From: Octopus bimaculoides
Lineage: Eukaryota
Direction: 5' to 3'
Length of the DNA: 64,000 nucleotides
NCBI RefSeq assembly: GCF_001194135.2
Contig: NC_069000.1
Span: 47,623,683-47,687,682, forward strand
Position 1 is the first letter of the stretch. Every line of letters begins with the position of its first letter. The notes beneath the pieces were generated by a model, which ran no database searches, was not told the DNA's origin, and saw only the letters and a program-made list of their open reading frames with translations. The position numbers and the translations under genes were made by a program. Below are positions 37,621-51,365 of the stretch, one piece after another.

Positions 37621-39531
37621 ACTGCCATACCAATTAGGTCACCTAAACAATAGAAACTAACTCCTTCTGGGCATCTGAGAGAATCTACTCTTCCCATGTG
37701 CTTTATTGTCCCTTTGCACCTACTGCATACGTCTTCCATCTCTGTTACCTTCTGCCCAGGAGCCCACTACATCTCTCATACTGCATCCATGGTTTATACT
37801 GGGTACGCAGTTAGACATTTCTACATCCTCCTCCTTTTCAGACATCAAGCAGAGCCATTTCACTGATAATGACAAGGACCTCCATCAGCAAGAACAGAGA
37901 AGCTTCTGAGAGTTAAGTGTAATACATCCGACACAGAAATGCTGTGCTGAGGGCAGGATATGAACCTGTAACTCTTTTGTAGATAGTGACTGCCACACTC
38001 ATTAGGACCAGCTACCATTTCAGTAAAAAGTTATTCCTTTTAATGAAGGTGGGACCATCTACTTGTAATTGCTCTACTACTACTGATGAAGGCTTGACCA
38101 GATGCTTAAGAGATTTGCTTTACTGAGGTACTGGGTTCAATTCCACTGCATGGCAGTCCTTTACCCAAGCTTCATGATGGAAACTGCAATGCCCCATCGG
38201 ATGGGTTGCATCAAATATCCAGTTTTTCACACGAATTCTCTTTGTGGACTATGGTAAGGGTACACCTGTCTGTGGGATACGCAGCTACTCATATGCTAAT
38301 TCAACAATGAAGCAGTTTAATGGATCGAGTGAGATCCATCTACTTTTTACTACCACAACCACTGCTATTACTAAGGACAGGTCTTGGCTATTAGACATTG
38401 TAATTTCATTTTCAGTTACTGGTCTTCCAGAAAGGCATGAATGTCATGCAATCTCAATCCTCACTTTTATGTGTTGAAGATCTTGAACTAAAATACCATA
38501 AAATATTTAGTTTCTCCTCCTCAATTCTGAGTTCAAATCCTGTTGAAGCAGACAAATGCCAGAAATATACTATTTGTAGTAACCGTGTTAACTTGGTGCT
38601 TAGTCCAACTAATACTGGGTCACATTATTGTTGTTTAGTTGTAGATCAACGGCGAGCCATCAATCCTATAAGCAAACACAATCTAACTGTGGCCATTCCG
38701 TCAAAAACTAGGGTATCTAAGAAGTCTTTATTTAAGTCTGTAAGGTGCGATGTCAGGGAGGTATAGCTGTTATTTCTAGTAGGTCAAGTAGAGACATTCA
38801 CTTTGGCTCATGATGGCGTGATGGTCCAGGCTGCAATCAAAGAACCGAGATCGACACACGGCAGTGATGATGACATCATCAAAGTCCTTGGGAAACACAT
38901 GAATGTCACAACACAGTGTAAAAAACGATGACATGCGTTATGAACTAGAATTACTTTTGCATCTAATTAAAAACCGACAAACACTGCTATACACATATGG
39001 CCTAGAAAGGCATGACCATCACAGATCTAAATAACAGGTGAAACAACGAAGACCAAGCGACCACGACCAGACTTGATAACGTAGTTCTATGGGAAATAAG
39101 GAAGGAGAGGGGAGTAATTAATTTCATTGAATTAATTTGAAGACTTAGCTTTAATTGGAGGGAAGCACTGCTTACGATGCCGGCAATTCACGTCAAGACA
39201 TCATACAACGATTCCCTTTGCCCTCAGGGCTCCAAACGTCAGACATGATATGTGTGTGTGTGTGTACGGATGGATGGATAATATGTATAATGTGTGGGTG
39301 TCCTGAACTATTGTATGGATGTAGTTAATATTTAAATAGCTGTTGTATTAGCATAGAATTAATAACAAAACAAAAAAACCCAAAACAACAAAAAAAAACA
39401 ACAACTCTGCAACGATTGCTGATTCAAGACCAGACAAATGTAAATGTGATAGCAGTGTATGTATGTATTAACACATATATACATAGATGTATATCTATAT
39501 ACATGTATATGCACACACGCTATATATATAT

Positions 39532-39567
<36 letters not shown>

Positions 39568-40890
39568 GCGTGTGTATATATATATATATGCGTGTGTATA
39601 TATGAGGCTTTAGAATTGTAGTCATCGTTTGGCACAAATCTGACAGGATGTTTCTTTTTTAATCTTTGGTAATATGGGGTCCATGGCTTTCACAGGTTCT
39701 AGGTTAGAAGTCTGCTGTACAAATATGTAAAGGAGGATATTCCGGGTTGGAAGGATTGGTCATGTTAATTAATGCAGGGGTGGAGGGTGTTGGACTCAAT
39801 ACCGGCGAGAGGGTGTGAGTAGAGATGACACCAGACTAGTCAGCTGTAAGGAGTAGAGGACATTGTAGTGGGAGTAGACGAGAAGACAGCAGATCTGTCT
39901 GTGGGATCAGAAATTGATAGAAACAGGGTATTGGTGAGGGGAGAACTTTATGTCAATAGTAGAGGTGGGGAGTACTTTCTTTGGATGGAGTTGGTAGTGG
40001 GGAGGGGAGTTCTCCGATATGTATACGAATGTAGGTTTATATCAATGTAATTTATGTGTGTATATAAAAATATTTACACACACGCGAGTGGAATAAAATA
40101 ATTTAACCTACGATCGTTATATTACTTATTAGTATGAAAATGATGTGTGTGTAGTAGAATAATGTCATAATAGATGTAATTTTTGCTGCTCTCTTTTGTA
40201 ATAACAATAAAAGAAATAACTTGGATTACATTGTTCATTATAGTGTGCGTGTGTGTGTGCAATGAAAAGCGGAAACGCGAAACAGCGATATTAATAACTG
40301 CATACATGCGCGCGCGTATGTGTATACAGATGTATGTATTCACTGGGACTTCCCTTTTTTTATGAATCCGCTGAAGTCCCAAACACAAGACATTATTATA
40401 AATATATGGTTCCCTTTACCCTTTGTCGCTTGAGATCAGTATCTATCGACATGTATATATAAATATTTTATACCATCTATATTACTATTGTGTTTATTAG
40501 ATGATATATATTATACATTATAATGACCGACCTAGAAAATGAAAGGTCGACAAAAGTGGAGGGCCAGACGTGGAGAGACACAAATAAAGCTGACAAGTTG
40601 ACAACAGTTTTTATATCGACTTATACAAGACCGGAATGAAGGAGAGAAAAGAAACTGCCGAAAGTGAACGGAAAAGCCCGAGTTAAACGAATAAGACAGG
40701 GAAGGAAATATTTGATGGTGAGGATTGTTGTCTATGTTGATAGAAATGTAATAATAAAATCTGGGGCTGTTTTTTTGTGTTGTATGTTGTGTGTGAGGCG
40801 GAAATGGCGACATTTGTTCGACGTTTGCCAAGAATCTCTATCTGTGTGTTATGGTGACGAGTGAGAATGACTGCGCGACGGAGCACTTAC

Positions 40891-40922
40891 CTTGATTCAA
40901 GGGCCTGATCCAGACTATCCAT
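40891..40922 (-). CDS. USF: USF exon 1 (ATG)
   Basis: ATG GAT AGT CTG GAT CAG GCC CTT GAA TCA AG|gtaagt gives MDSLDQALES, resembling the USF2 start MDMLDPGLD. Lies in a CpG-richer region and is phase-compatible with exon 2. Confidence 0.78.
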
Positions 40923-41008
40923 GTGGGGAAAATATGAGTGTCGGAGGTGGTGTTGTTTTTTGAATTTGCCAGGAAATAATGAAAGTTTGATCACGGGGCC
41001 AAACAACA

Positions 41009-41034
41009 GGTCATGTGAGAGAGGAACATGTGAC
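41009..41034. promoter_or_regulatory. Two tandem CATGTG/CACATG E-boxes (USF/MiT-type) 90-110 bp upstream of the USF ATG
   Basis: GGTCATGTGA (41009-41018) and AACATGTGAC (41025-41034). Motif match only. Confidence 0.4.
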
Positions 41035-41473
41035 AACGAGGAGGGAGGAGGAGAAAAAGGGTAGGAGGAGGAGGAGAACAACGGTAATGGCCGACTTCCA
41101 GAGACACACACGACGACTACTATTCACTCGAATATCGTCAATTACATCTGAAATACTCGACAATTAGCGAGTAATTACTACTATCAACAACAACCGATCG
41201 GCCTTTTTTAAATCGATTCTTTCCTTCGGTTTTTCTTTAGTTCACGAGAAGAATTTTTGTGCCAAAAAATGCCCACTGGATAATGACGACGACGACGATG
41301 GCAGCCTATTGCTATTTTTTTTGTCTTCTTCTTCCTCTGTAATATATTTATGACGCTCGTTGGCTTCTCTTGTATTTAATAATTCAACACTGTTTTGTAT
41401 ATATACTCGTATATGTGAATATAGAGATATTTGTGTGTATAAATGTATCTTCGTCGTTGTTGCGTTTAGTTTA

Positions 41474-41485
41474 CAAATGGCCGCC
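41474..41485 (+). promoter_or_regulatory. YY1-like motif in the putative USF promoter
   Basis: CAAATGGCCGCC resembles the YY1 consensus (AAxATGGCxGC). Motif match only. Confidence 0.3.
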
Positions 41486-42578
41486 TTCGCTTTCCAATAT
41501 GTCGTCTTCATGTGTAACTGTGTGTGTTACTCCTGCATATGTGTGTAACTGTGTATTTGTGTTACTACTGCATGTATGTGTAACTGTGTGTGTGTAACTT
41601 ACTACTATGTGTATCTATCAGTGCTGGAGGGGAAGAGTGATAGGCAGAGGAAGAACTCGTCAGTTTTTTTTTTTTAGCCGCAGTAGAGGGCAGAGGGGAA
41701 ATTTTAGAGAAAGAGGTAGGGGCTATGGTGGTAGGAGGAACTAACGTTTGATGTTGAGAGAGAATTGTATGGATGATAAGAGGGGGATTTTCCATCTGCA
41801 ACTTACAACACATGCGCGTGTGTGCATATATATATATATATGTGTAATATACACATACATTATAATGATTTATGTATTCAAGTTTTTTTCTCTATTATAG
41901 ATGCAAATATTAACATATCTAGAAAGTACCTTTATTAGTATATGCATGTATGTATGAGTGTTCTTTTGTTGAGCCATTGCTATATTGCTAACATAGGAAA
42001 TAAATAATTAATAATTCCAAACTATTTTTATTTTATATATTTATGTAACATAATTATGTCAAAAATTGTCTACAATTCTGCCAAAGTTATTGAAAGGGAG
42101 TTAACGGCCTTTAATGGTTTTGCTTAACCCCCAAGATCAGCTTTGAATAAACACATAATCAATTGTATCCCATCTGTGACCGTTTCAACTTTATTTTCCG
42201 ACGTTGTGAATCTAGAATAACCTTATCTAATATGGTTTGATTGGAGAGAGATTTGGCTGCTGTTTCTAGCAATATTGTATTACCACTTGGAAGTTCCATA
42301 CACGTTCTGAGATGAACTCCAGTTCAGTCCCTCGTCCAACTGATCTATGTTCAAAGATTATCCATCGTTATCTTGTCTTTTATTTAGACATAGTGTATCT
42401 AGGACTACGTTATCTTAATGTAGCCTTTTCTTAAAACATCTCCGTTTATATCTGACTCCCTCCTGTTCTATCTTCACATCACACCCATACACACAGTTCA
42501 GATTGCAATGGCTAATTTCCTTGTCAGTACCAATGGTCAAAGTGGTTCCAATTATGATCATCCCAATTTTTATGCAGA

Positions 42579-42614
<36 letters not shown>

Positions 42615-44079
42615 TGTGTATGGGGGGGGGGGGTAAACCCCTTTAAAGGAAAATGTAGAATGTGATTTGATGCTGGCTTAGCTGTTATTGCTAGCAGGTC
42701 ACGTAACTCGTAGATGTTCCTTAGTTGTCTCATAACATTGTTTTACATCCACTTTCCATACCTGCACGGGTCCGGTGTGTCGTTATAGTCGGAGTCCCTT
42801 CTCACTCGGAGTTGTTCTTTCCTCTTCGACCCTATCGCGCTTATGTTTTCAAGTTTGGCCTGGTTTCTACAGCTGAATGCCCTCCCTAACTCCCATCCCT
42901 TTACAGAGTGTACAGTGTGCATTTTATTTTGGCCACCAGCACGAGGAGATTTGTATTGTCCTCAACAAAACAAAACTATGTTATCGAATTTCCTTGAGGG
43001 ATTCTTTACAAAAGATGGGTATCGAACTCCATAAGGAGATGATTGCTTCTGATTGGATGAAATCAGTGTCAGAGGTTGTCTCGTGCTAAAATGAGTTCCC
43101 TGATGGGATCAACTTATTATCGCTACGACACCAGACCTCTATTCTACACTACGAACAAAAGCTGCTGCTGCAGACTAATTTAACACTTGTTAATATTACA
43201 GTGCTACCACTGCTTACAGACTTTGGGGGGAGATACCCTTTATAAGTAGCGAGAGTTATCTATTGATACTATGGGTAACGGTACAAAATAGGTTTATCCC
43301 TAAATGACCCCCTAAATCTTCAAATATCAAAGAATTTGGTCTAAATTTTGAAGCTGTTGTGTTCTCTAGCCCCAGGTCAGTCCTAATCCAGCAGACCTAT
43401 GATCAAAAGGTCAGACTATCCTTTTTTTTTTTTTTTTTTCCAGGTGTAGTTTACCTTGTACTTTATTATTCAATATGTGCTTGGATTGTGTTTGTAATAT
43501 AGCAAAACGTTTTTACATAAAACTCTTAAATTGTTTACTTAAAAAAAACAAAACATTTCAGAGTCGAGAGTTTTGTATTGTTCAGCTGGAAGCAGCATCA
43601 GACTGATTGGCATCAAAAGGATTTTTTAAAAATGTGGCACAACATTTGATAGACTTCTTCGAGAAATATTCCTCAGTTTTTGTTGATAGTGAATGTGCTG
43701 TGGCCTTCATATACATGGCTTACTTTAGAACATAGAAGCAGTTTTATGCTTTACCAAATGTTTCCAAAGTAAAAGATATTGTCTTGAACACCCTTGCAGA
43801 ATTTTAGGACAATTCATAGAAACTACTGATCTCTACATTGGTTCAGCAGTCTTTGACAATTTCAGACAAAGACATTGGACATCCTTATAACATTGACATT
43901 AAGCTCAGAATGTTTGGAATATTCTGAAAATAATTTTATAATAATCATTTACACAATAATTATATTCACTGGACAGTTGTATATAACAGGAACAACTCGT
44001 TTCTTCCTTCAACATCGAAGCATATAAAGGTTTAAACTGATGTTAACCCCTTACCAAGTGATCCTTAACTACCATTTCT

Positions 44080-44770
44080 CCTGGGTAGGAGTGTATTTGA
44101 GAGAAGGGGAAGAGAAAGTTCAGAGAACTTTTTACTTCTATTGGCAACCAAAGGTCTCTCTCTCTCTCTCTCTCCAAGTGAAGGGAAGATTGTGTGATTC
44201 GTATATGCAAACTGCAATACTGCATGGTAATGAGATAGGGACTCTGAATGCAGAAGACATGTGAAGCTGGTTATGTTCCGCTGGATATGCAATGTTAGTG
44301 AGCTTGTGCAACAGAGCATTAATATTTTCAGAAAGATGTTGAGCATAAGAGGAATTAGATGCAGCATGCCAGAGAGGAGACTGCTGGTTTGGTCATGTGA
44401 TGCAGACGGATGAAGACAATTGCATAAAGAAATGTTGGTCACTTAAAGTGGAGAGAATTTCTGGAAAAGACATGGGACAAAATATTGACGGCTGATCTCA
44501 AAATGCTGAGCCTTACAAAGGAGATGAGAGGGGACTGAGATAGTTAGTGCATTGCTGTACTTGAGAAGACCTGCCCACCACAACAGAATTGAAATTCTAG
44601 AACCAAGGCGTAACATAAAAAGGAATGGTATGGGTACAGGTGCCACATAAAAAGCACTTGATGGTAGCCATGTAAAAAAACACCCAGTACACTCTGAAGT
44701 GGTTGGCATTAGGAAAGGCACTCAGCCATGGAAACCAAGTGAAGAACAGACTGCAATCTGATGTGACTCC
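44080..44770 (+). mobile_element. RTE LINE 3' fragment with tail
   Basis: VKGRLCDSYMQTAILHG, CSMPERRLLVW, followed by the GTGGTTGGCATTAGGAA tail. Confidence 0.8.
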
Positions 44771-44819
44771 TAGCCTTGCCATATTTATATATGTATATAT
44801 ATATATATATTGAGATTTT

Positions 44820-45600
44820 AATGGGTATATCAGATGGCAATCCAGTATCTTCCATAGTGTTCATGGGGGGGCCATGGAATTGGTTCCCAAAACAAAGAGG
44901 GAACTAGGCTACTGGAGTTCTGTGATGCATGCAACCTATTAATCTGCAACACTAACTTCAGGAAGCCACCTGATAACCTATCAATGAGGTGACTCCGCTA
45001 GCCAGATTGATTTCATCCTCACCAGACAGCGGGATGCAGGGTTGCTCTTAAATACAAAGACCCCCCCCCTGGTGAAGAATGTACCCCCCAGCATAGACTT
45101 GTTATTAGTGACTGTAGACTTGAGGCCAGAAGGATGTCAAGAAGCAGATCAATCCAGAAAAGAAGAATTTGGAAGCTAAAGAACCCTTCACATGGTCAGA
45201 GATTTAGGGACATCCTCACTAAGAACTTTGATGAGAGGTGGGAGGAGCTACAGACTTCAGATAGAGAGGGTAATTGGAAATTCCTATGGGACAGCTTACT
45301 GAGCGCCACAGACCAAATCTGCAACTGGTGCAAAGTCCCTTCCAGACCTAGAGTAACATGATGGAATAATACGGTAGACAAGGCCATTACAGCAAAGAAA
45401 CAGGTCTGGAAGAGTTGGGGTAGCAGGGAACTGTACCAGATAGCCAGAAGGGAGGCCGGGTGACAGGTATACATAGTCGAAGGAGAAGCAGAAAATAAGA
45501 AGTTTGTCAATGTTCAGCAACGTGAGGACTAATGAACTGAAGTATTTTGGATTGTCATACTCCGTGTCATGCTGAATCTCCCAGAGAACTATGGGGTACA
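44820..45600 (+). mobile_element. RTE LINE endonuclease C-terminus/linker fragment
   Basis: LLEFCDACNLLICNTNFRK, GEECTPQHRLVISD, RRIWKLKNP, WNNTVDKAI. Confidence 0.85.
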
Positions 45601-45713
45601 CATTGTTCCTGTCAAGTGCTCAGCCACTTGCACGTTAATTTCATGAGCAGGCTGTTCGTCTCAGCTGGGACCCTTGTCATTGTAACTGATGGAGTGCTCC
45701 TTTAATATATATG

Positions 45714-45785
<72 letters not shown>

Positions 45786-46891
45786 ATATATATATATACA
45801 TATACACACTCACATACACATTATTGGTATTATATGAATTTTATAGACATTCAAAAGAACGTGAAACAATTTGGAAATATGGGATCTTGAAGTACACATG
45901 AAGCTATAATAGCAAGTAAATATTGGGTCAAAAAATCCCTTTGGATAGAAAAGAATTGAAGGCTGTCCATTGGACTCAAATACACGTCTTCTGTACATAT
46001 GACAGCAGAATTCTCCCTAATACACACACAACATTGGATACATCACCCCTTAATTTCATTAATGCCATTGGTCTATTTGAGCAATTACCCTTTTCAGATT
46101 TTAGTTTTTAATTATTATAAATTTTATATTTTAATAATACTTGTTAAAATTATGGTTTATTATAAAACAAAGTCTTTGTAATAGTCTTGGTTTAGTTTTA
46201 CATCAACTGATATGAGAGAGAGAGAGATTTTAGTTATCTAGAAAGGCCTCAGTAATGTGAAAGTTTTTACTAAACAAAGCTCTTTTGGGTAAAGTGAAGC
46301 AGGGCCTAGTACTTAAGGAGTAGACCTCATGATCACAAATTTGTGGTTTCTCTTCCTTGATCAGATAATGCATAGTGACCTGATCGCTCATCTATTCAGC
46401 TGTAAGGAGGGTCAATCCTGCGTATGTTATCTGAGGATGTGTATGGGTGGTTGGTTGATGGCTCTATAGCACATGGTCGTCGAAGTGGATGAGGAAGTAT
46501 CTTGTGGAGTTAGGATACCGTCTGGGATGACTCAAGCAAACACTGGTAAATGATGAATGCAGTGATGCATTGCAATGGTGCATGGTACCCTACATGACCT
46601 ATAAAGTCTGCACATTCTTGCCCCTCTCTTATCTAGCAGCAGAAACAATTAAAAAAAGGGAACTAATCTTTAATACTATGTTTTCATGTGGGACAATAAA
46701 TGTTAAGACTCTACGAATCTAAAAGTTAAACATGCTTTTCTACAACAAAACTAATTTCATAATATAACAAAGTAACGCAGTGTTGCGTATACTAAATCAA
46801 TAAATTATTTCTATTTTAAACAAAGAGCAGAGTTTCTAGACACGAAAAGATATGAAGATTTGTTTGAACTGTTGGAGGTAGTTTGTGATAA

Positions 46892-47149
46892 AAATGTCAC
46901 TTCCGGTACTAAAACCCTGCAAATAAACACGCTGTTAAAAATATGACCAGTAGAGTGAAGAGTTTTATTGAGGGAATTGTGTATATACTACGAAAAAATA
47001 TGAAATTAGTATTCGTAAAAATAAAATTATAAAAACTGAATTCAATTAATATTTGATTAATAAATGTAATGGGTTCCACATAACAGGAAAACTTATTTAA
47101 GGAATGTTGTAAACGTCACATCCGGTATCGAGTTGTGTGAAAACGTCAC
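46892..47149. promoter_or_regulatory. SRPRA proximal promoter with ETS and CRE half-site motifs
   Basis: AAATGTCACTTCCGGTA (46892-46908), AAACGTCACATCCGGTA (47111-47127) and AAACGTCAC (47141-47149), 200-450 bp upstream of the ATG. Confidence 0.5.
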
Positions 47150-47343
47150 CATAACGCTGAAAGAAGATAAGGAGGAAGGGGAAGAGAAACAAATTAGAAA
47201 CATATAGAAATAGATTGGAGTAGGAGTGAGTAGGGAAATAGAAAGCTAGAAGTATTGACTGCGGGAGAAGGAGAGAGAGAGAGTAAGAGTGGTATAAAAC
47301 CTTAGTTTGAGGTTCGCCGTCGTCGCTGTTTAACTTGGCCAAT

Positions 47344-47460
47344 ATGTTGGATTTCTTCAGTATCTTTAGCAAAGGTGGCATCGTTCTGTGGTGCTTCCAG
47401 GGAACATCGCAATGGTTTACACCATCCGTTAATGCTTTAATTAAGAGCGTTCTTCTACAA
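47344..47460 (+). CDS. SRPRA: Signal recognition particle receptor alpha, exon 1
   Basis: MLDFFSIFSKGGIVLWCFQGTSQWFTPSVNALIKSVLLQ|gtgagc is the conserved SRX/longin N-terminus of SRalpha. Confidence 0.96.
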
Positions 47461-47589
47461 GTGAGCGAAATTCTTTCCATTTCTTCATTCCTTTCCAGGA
47501 TTTCTTTTCTGTCCCGTTTCAGACACGTCTTTCTGTTCTACAGATGGACAGGCACCGAGAGAGAGAGAGAGACACGACACGCGTGGACG

Positions 47590-47775
47590 TAGAACACACA
47601 CACACACACACATATTATATACACATGTATTCATGTATGAGTCTTTATATGTGTGTGTGTATAATATATATATACACACACATATATATAATATATATAT
47701 CTTTCAATCTAGTTGGCAGTATACGCACACTTACACGTGTGTTGATATATACATATATATGAACTTTTTCATCCA

Positions 47776-47826
<51 letters not shown>

Positions 47827-47885
47827 ATTCTCTCGCCCTGTCTCGTGTGTATGTATGTATATATGTATGTATGTATATGCATGCA

Positions 47886-47925
<40 letters not shown>
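47590..47925. repeat. Compound (CA)/(TA)/(TG) microsatellite at the start of SRPRA intron 1
   Basis: Direct inspection. Similar arrays at 23760-24060, 24570-24920, 39470-39600, 45710-45800, 49210-49300 and 59720-59770. Confidence 0.9.
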
Positions 47926-47930
<5 letters not shown>

Positions 47931-49246
47931 TCGATTTTCATTCTGTAGCACAATTAGGTCAGTTTGATTGAGGGTCTACTTTTATGATTTAATTTCATAA
48001 ATTAAAAGTCATTGGTGTCAACATATGGCTTTCTACGTTGTGTCCGTTGCTCCCACCTCCGCTTCCGTGAAGATTGCTGTCGTTGGTGGTGGCCATCTAA
48101 CAGCGCCTCTTCAATTCCGAAATATAGTCACGTTGTTAAATCTGTTAATTCTAAGGTAGTTGCTTTTTATCTTAGAAATAGCAGCTAAATCTTCCTCAAG
48201 TCACACCCTAACTTCTCTAAAAGAATTTAAAAAGAAAAGATATTACATAATATTGTTTTTTATATCCCCAAATTGTCACGAATCTTTTGATCGGGACTGA
48301 CCTGGAGTGAAACAACAAGTCTTGAAGCTATGTGATGTGGGGTGTAATTCTTAAAGTCTTTGATGTTTACTAGCCCTAAAAGTACCCAGATTGTGATTGA
48401 ATATAAATATAGAACATCCGAATGCTTTCCAATATCTTTTATTTCGACATTTGTTAATTTAGTTGTGTAAAAACCAATGTGTCATTCAGTTACGTATAAT
48501 AATGCGTAAAAAGTGATTTGTAGGTCCGTCTCTTTGCCTCTCAGCTGTTGTTCCACGTTGGTGTCACTAGATCAGCTGAATTTGTCGCTACCAGACGAAA
48601 TAGTCAGGCTGGGAAAAAAACATATGTTTCGTGTCTAATCTCATTTATTGAAAATGTTAATTATATCAATTCTAGAAAAATATTTTAGCAATGATTTCTC
48701 CCTTGGCATCGGGCCAAATTTACCCAAAAATGTGCTGTAGTATTGTCGACTGAATCACAAGCACCTAATATATATATATATATAACTATCGTCGTTTTAA
48801 GGTCTATGCTTCCATGGGTCAGATGGAATTTCATTGAGGCAGATTTTATATTGCTGGATGCTCTTTCTGTCGCCAGCCCTTGTTTCCATGCCAGGGAATA
48901 TTCCTCCTTGTTATCATGTTATCATGGAGAATTGGATACAAACAACACAGCTGTGATGCTCACTTACAACTGTCACGTTATGTCAGACAAGGTAACATAA
49001 GCACACAAATATATATGACAAGATTCTTTCAATTTGTCTCCCAAATCCATTCACAAAGCCCTCGTTGGCCTGGGGGTTATAATAGAAGACACTTGCTCAA
49101 GATATCTTCTAGTGGGACTAAGCCTGAAATCACATGATTGGGAAATGAAATTAGCATACCCAAACTTACTCTAATAAATGAAATATATATAATGACCATT
49201 ATTTATAACTTGTGTGTGTGTGTGTATGTATGTATATATATATATA

Positions 49247-49305
<59 letters not shown>

Positions 49306-49802
49306 ACTTGGGGATGGTCATATTGCCAGTTTAGCCAATAAAAACACACGCACTGTATATTTGGTNNNNNNNNNNNNNNNNNNNNNNNNNNNNNNNNNNN
49401 NNNNNNNNNNNNNNNNNNNNNNNNNNNNNNNNNNNNNNNNNNNNNNNNNNNNNNNNNNNNNNNNNNNNNNNNNNNNNNNNNNNNNNNNNNNNNNNNNNNN
49501 NNNNNNNNNNNNNNNNNNNNNNNNNNNNNNNNNNNNNNNNNNNNNNNNNNNNNNNNNNNNNNNNNNNNNNNNNNNNNNNNNNNNNNNNNNNNNNNNNNNN
49601 NNNNNNNNNNNNNNNNNNNNNNNNNNNNNNNNNNNNNNNNNNNNNNNNNNNNNNNNNNNNNNNNNNNNNNNNNNNNNNNNNNNNNNNNNNNNNNNNNNNN
49701 NNNNNNNNNNNNNNNNNNNNNNNNNNNNNNNNNNNNNNNNNNNNNNNNNNNNNTCAACACACGATTTCACATCAAAAATCTTGCAAAACAAATATATATA
49801 TA

Positions 49803-49838
<36 letters not shown>

Positions 49839-49839
49839 T

Positions 49840-51365
49840 GGTTAGTGACTTCAGGCTTAGGGCCAGAAAGATTCGGAGACGCAAACCAATATGGAAAAGG
49901 CGGTTGAGGAAGCTCAAAGATCCTTCAAAAGGGCAGATTTAGCGATGGCCTTAATGAGGTCTTTCAAGAGGGAGAGATAGACATAAGAGGACAACCGGAA
50001 GTTCCTACAGGACAATCTATTAAGGGCAACAGACCAAATTTGTGGTCCAAGCAAAGCCCCTGTCAGGCTAACGGTGTTGTGGTGGTGGAACAATGATGTT
50101 GACAGGGCTATAAAAGAAAAGAGCCAGTCTCTGGAAAGGGTGGAAAAAAGGGGTTAGCAAAGAATCATATCAGAAGACTAAAAGGGAGGCGAGATGTCAG
50201 GTTTATCTAGCTAGGGTAGAATCCGAAAAGAATAGGTTTGCCAATGTCCTACAGCATGAAGATCAGAGACTTGAAGTGTTCTGGATTGTTAATCAGTGTG
50301 TCAGTGAGATACCAGCTATCATAGTGTGGTAGATAAGGCATTTAAAACTAGGAAAGCCCCGTGGTCCATCTGGAATTATGGCTGAGATGAAGATTATCAG
50401 AGAAGGTAGCATTTGTGGAAGATGCACAGGATCCATAAAAACTATAGAGATTTTGGAAATTGATTCTCTTAAATGCTCTGGTGACTCAGTAGAGGTAGGA
50501 GATAATTTCTGCTACCTAGGGAACCAAATTAGTAGTAGGGGGAGGATGCACGGAGAGTGTAATAGCTAGAATAGGATGGAGGAAATTTAGAGAACTGTTA
50601 CTTCTGTTGGTTATGAAAGGATTCTCTCTCTGAGTGGAAGGAAGGTTGTATGATACATGTATACAGACAGCAATTCTACGTGGTAGTGAGATGTGGGCCC
50701 TGAATGCAGAGGTCATGCAAAAATTAGAAAGAAATGAGGCCAGTATGCTCCACTGGATGTGTAATTTAAGTGTGCATGTTCAGTAGAGTGCTAGTGTACT
50801 GAGAGAGAAGTTAGGCATAAGAGGAATTTGTTGTTGTGTATAAGAGAGGAGACTGCTGGTTTGGTCATGTGATGTGGATGGATGCTGGCAGTTTCATAAA
50901 GAAGTGCCAGTATCTCAAAGTGAATGGAACATGTGGAAGTGGGAGACCTGGGAAGACAGGATGAAATGCTGAAGAACAACCTCAGGATGCTGAACCTTTC
51001 AGGCGAGATGAGAAAGGACTAAGATGCCCTGAGCCTTGCTGTACTCATGAAGACCCTCCTTCTCTGCAGCAGAAGTGTTAAAACTGGTCTCTCTGGTGAT
51101 GAGGACTGACCTATCATGTAAAAAGCACTCATGGTAGTGCCACATAAAAGCGCCCATGTGGTGCCATTTAAAAGCATCTGTGTGGTGCCATGTAAAAGCA
51201 CTCAGCAAATTCTGTAAAGTGGTTGGCATTAGGAAGGGCATCAAGCTGTAGGAACCATGCCAGAACAGACAACTGGAGTCGGGGGGTAGCTCCTCAGCTT
51301 GCCAGCCCTGGTCAAACTGTCCAACCCATGCCAGCATGGACAACAGACGTTAAGTGAAGATGACA
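49840..51365 (+). mobile_element. Internally deleted RTE LINE in SRPRA intron 1
   Basis: MVSDFRLRARK..WKRRLRKLKDP, GKAxGPSG, ICGRCTG, VGDNFCYLGNQISS; ends in the shared tail. Confidence 0.85.
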
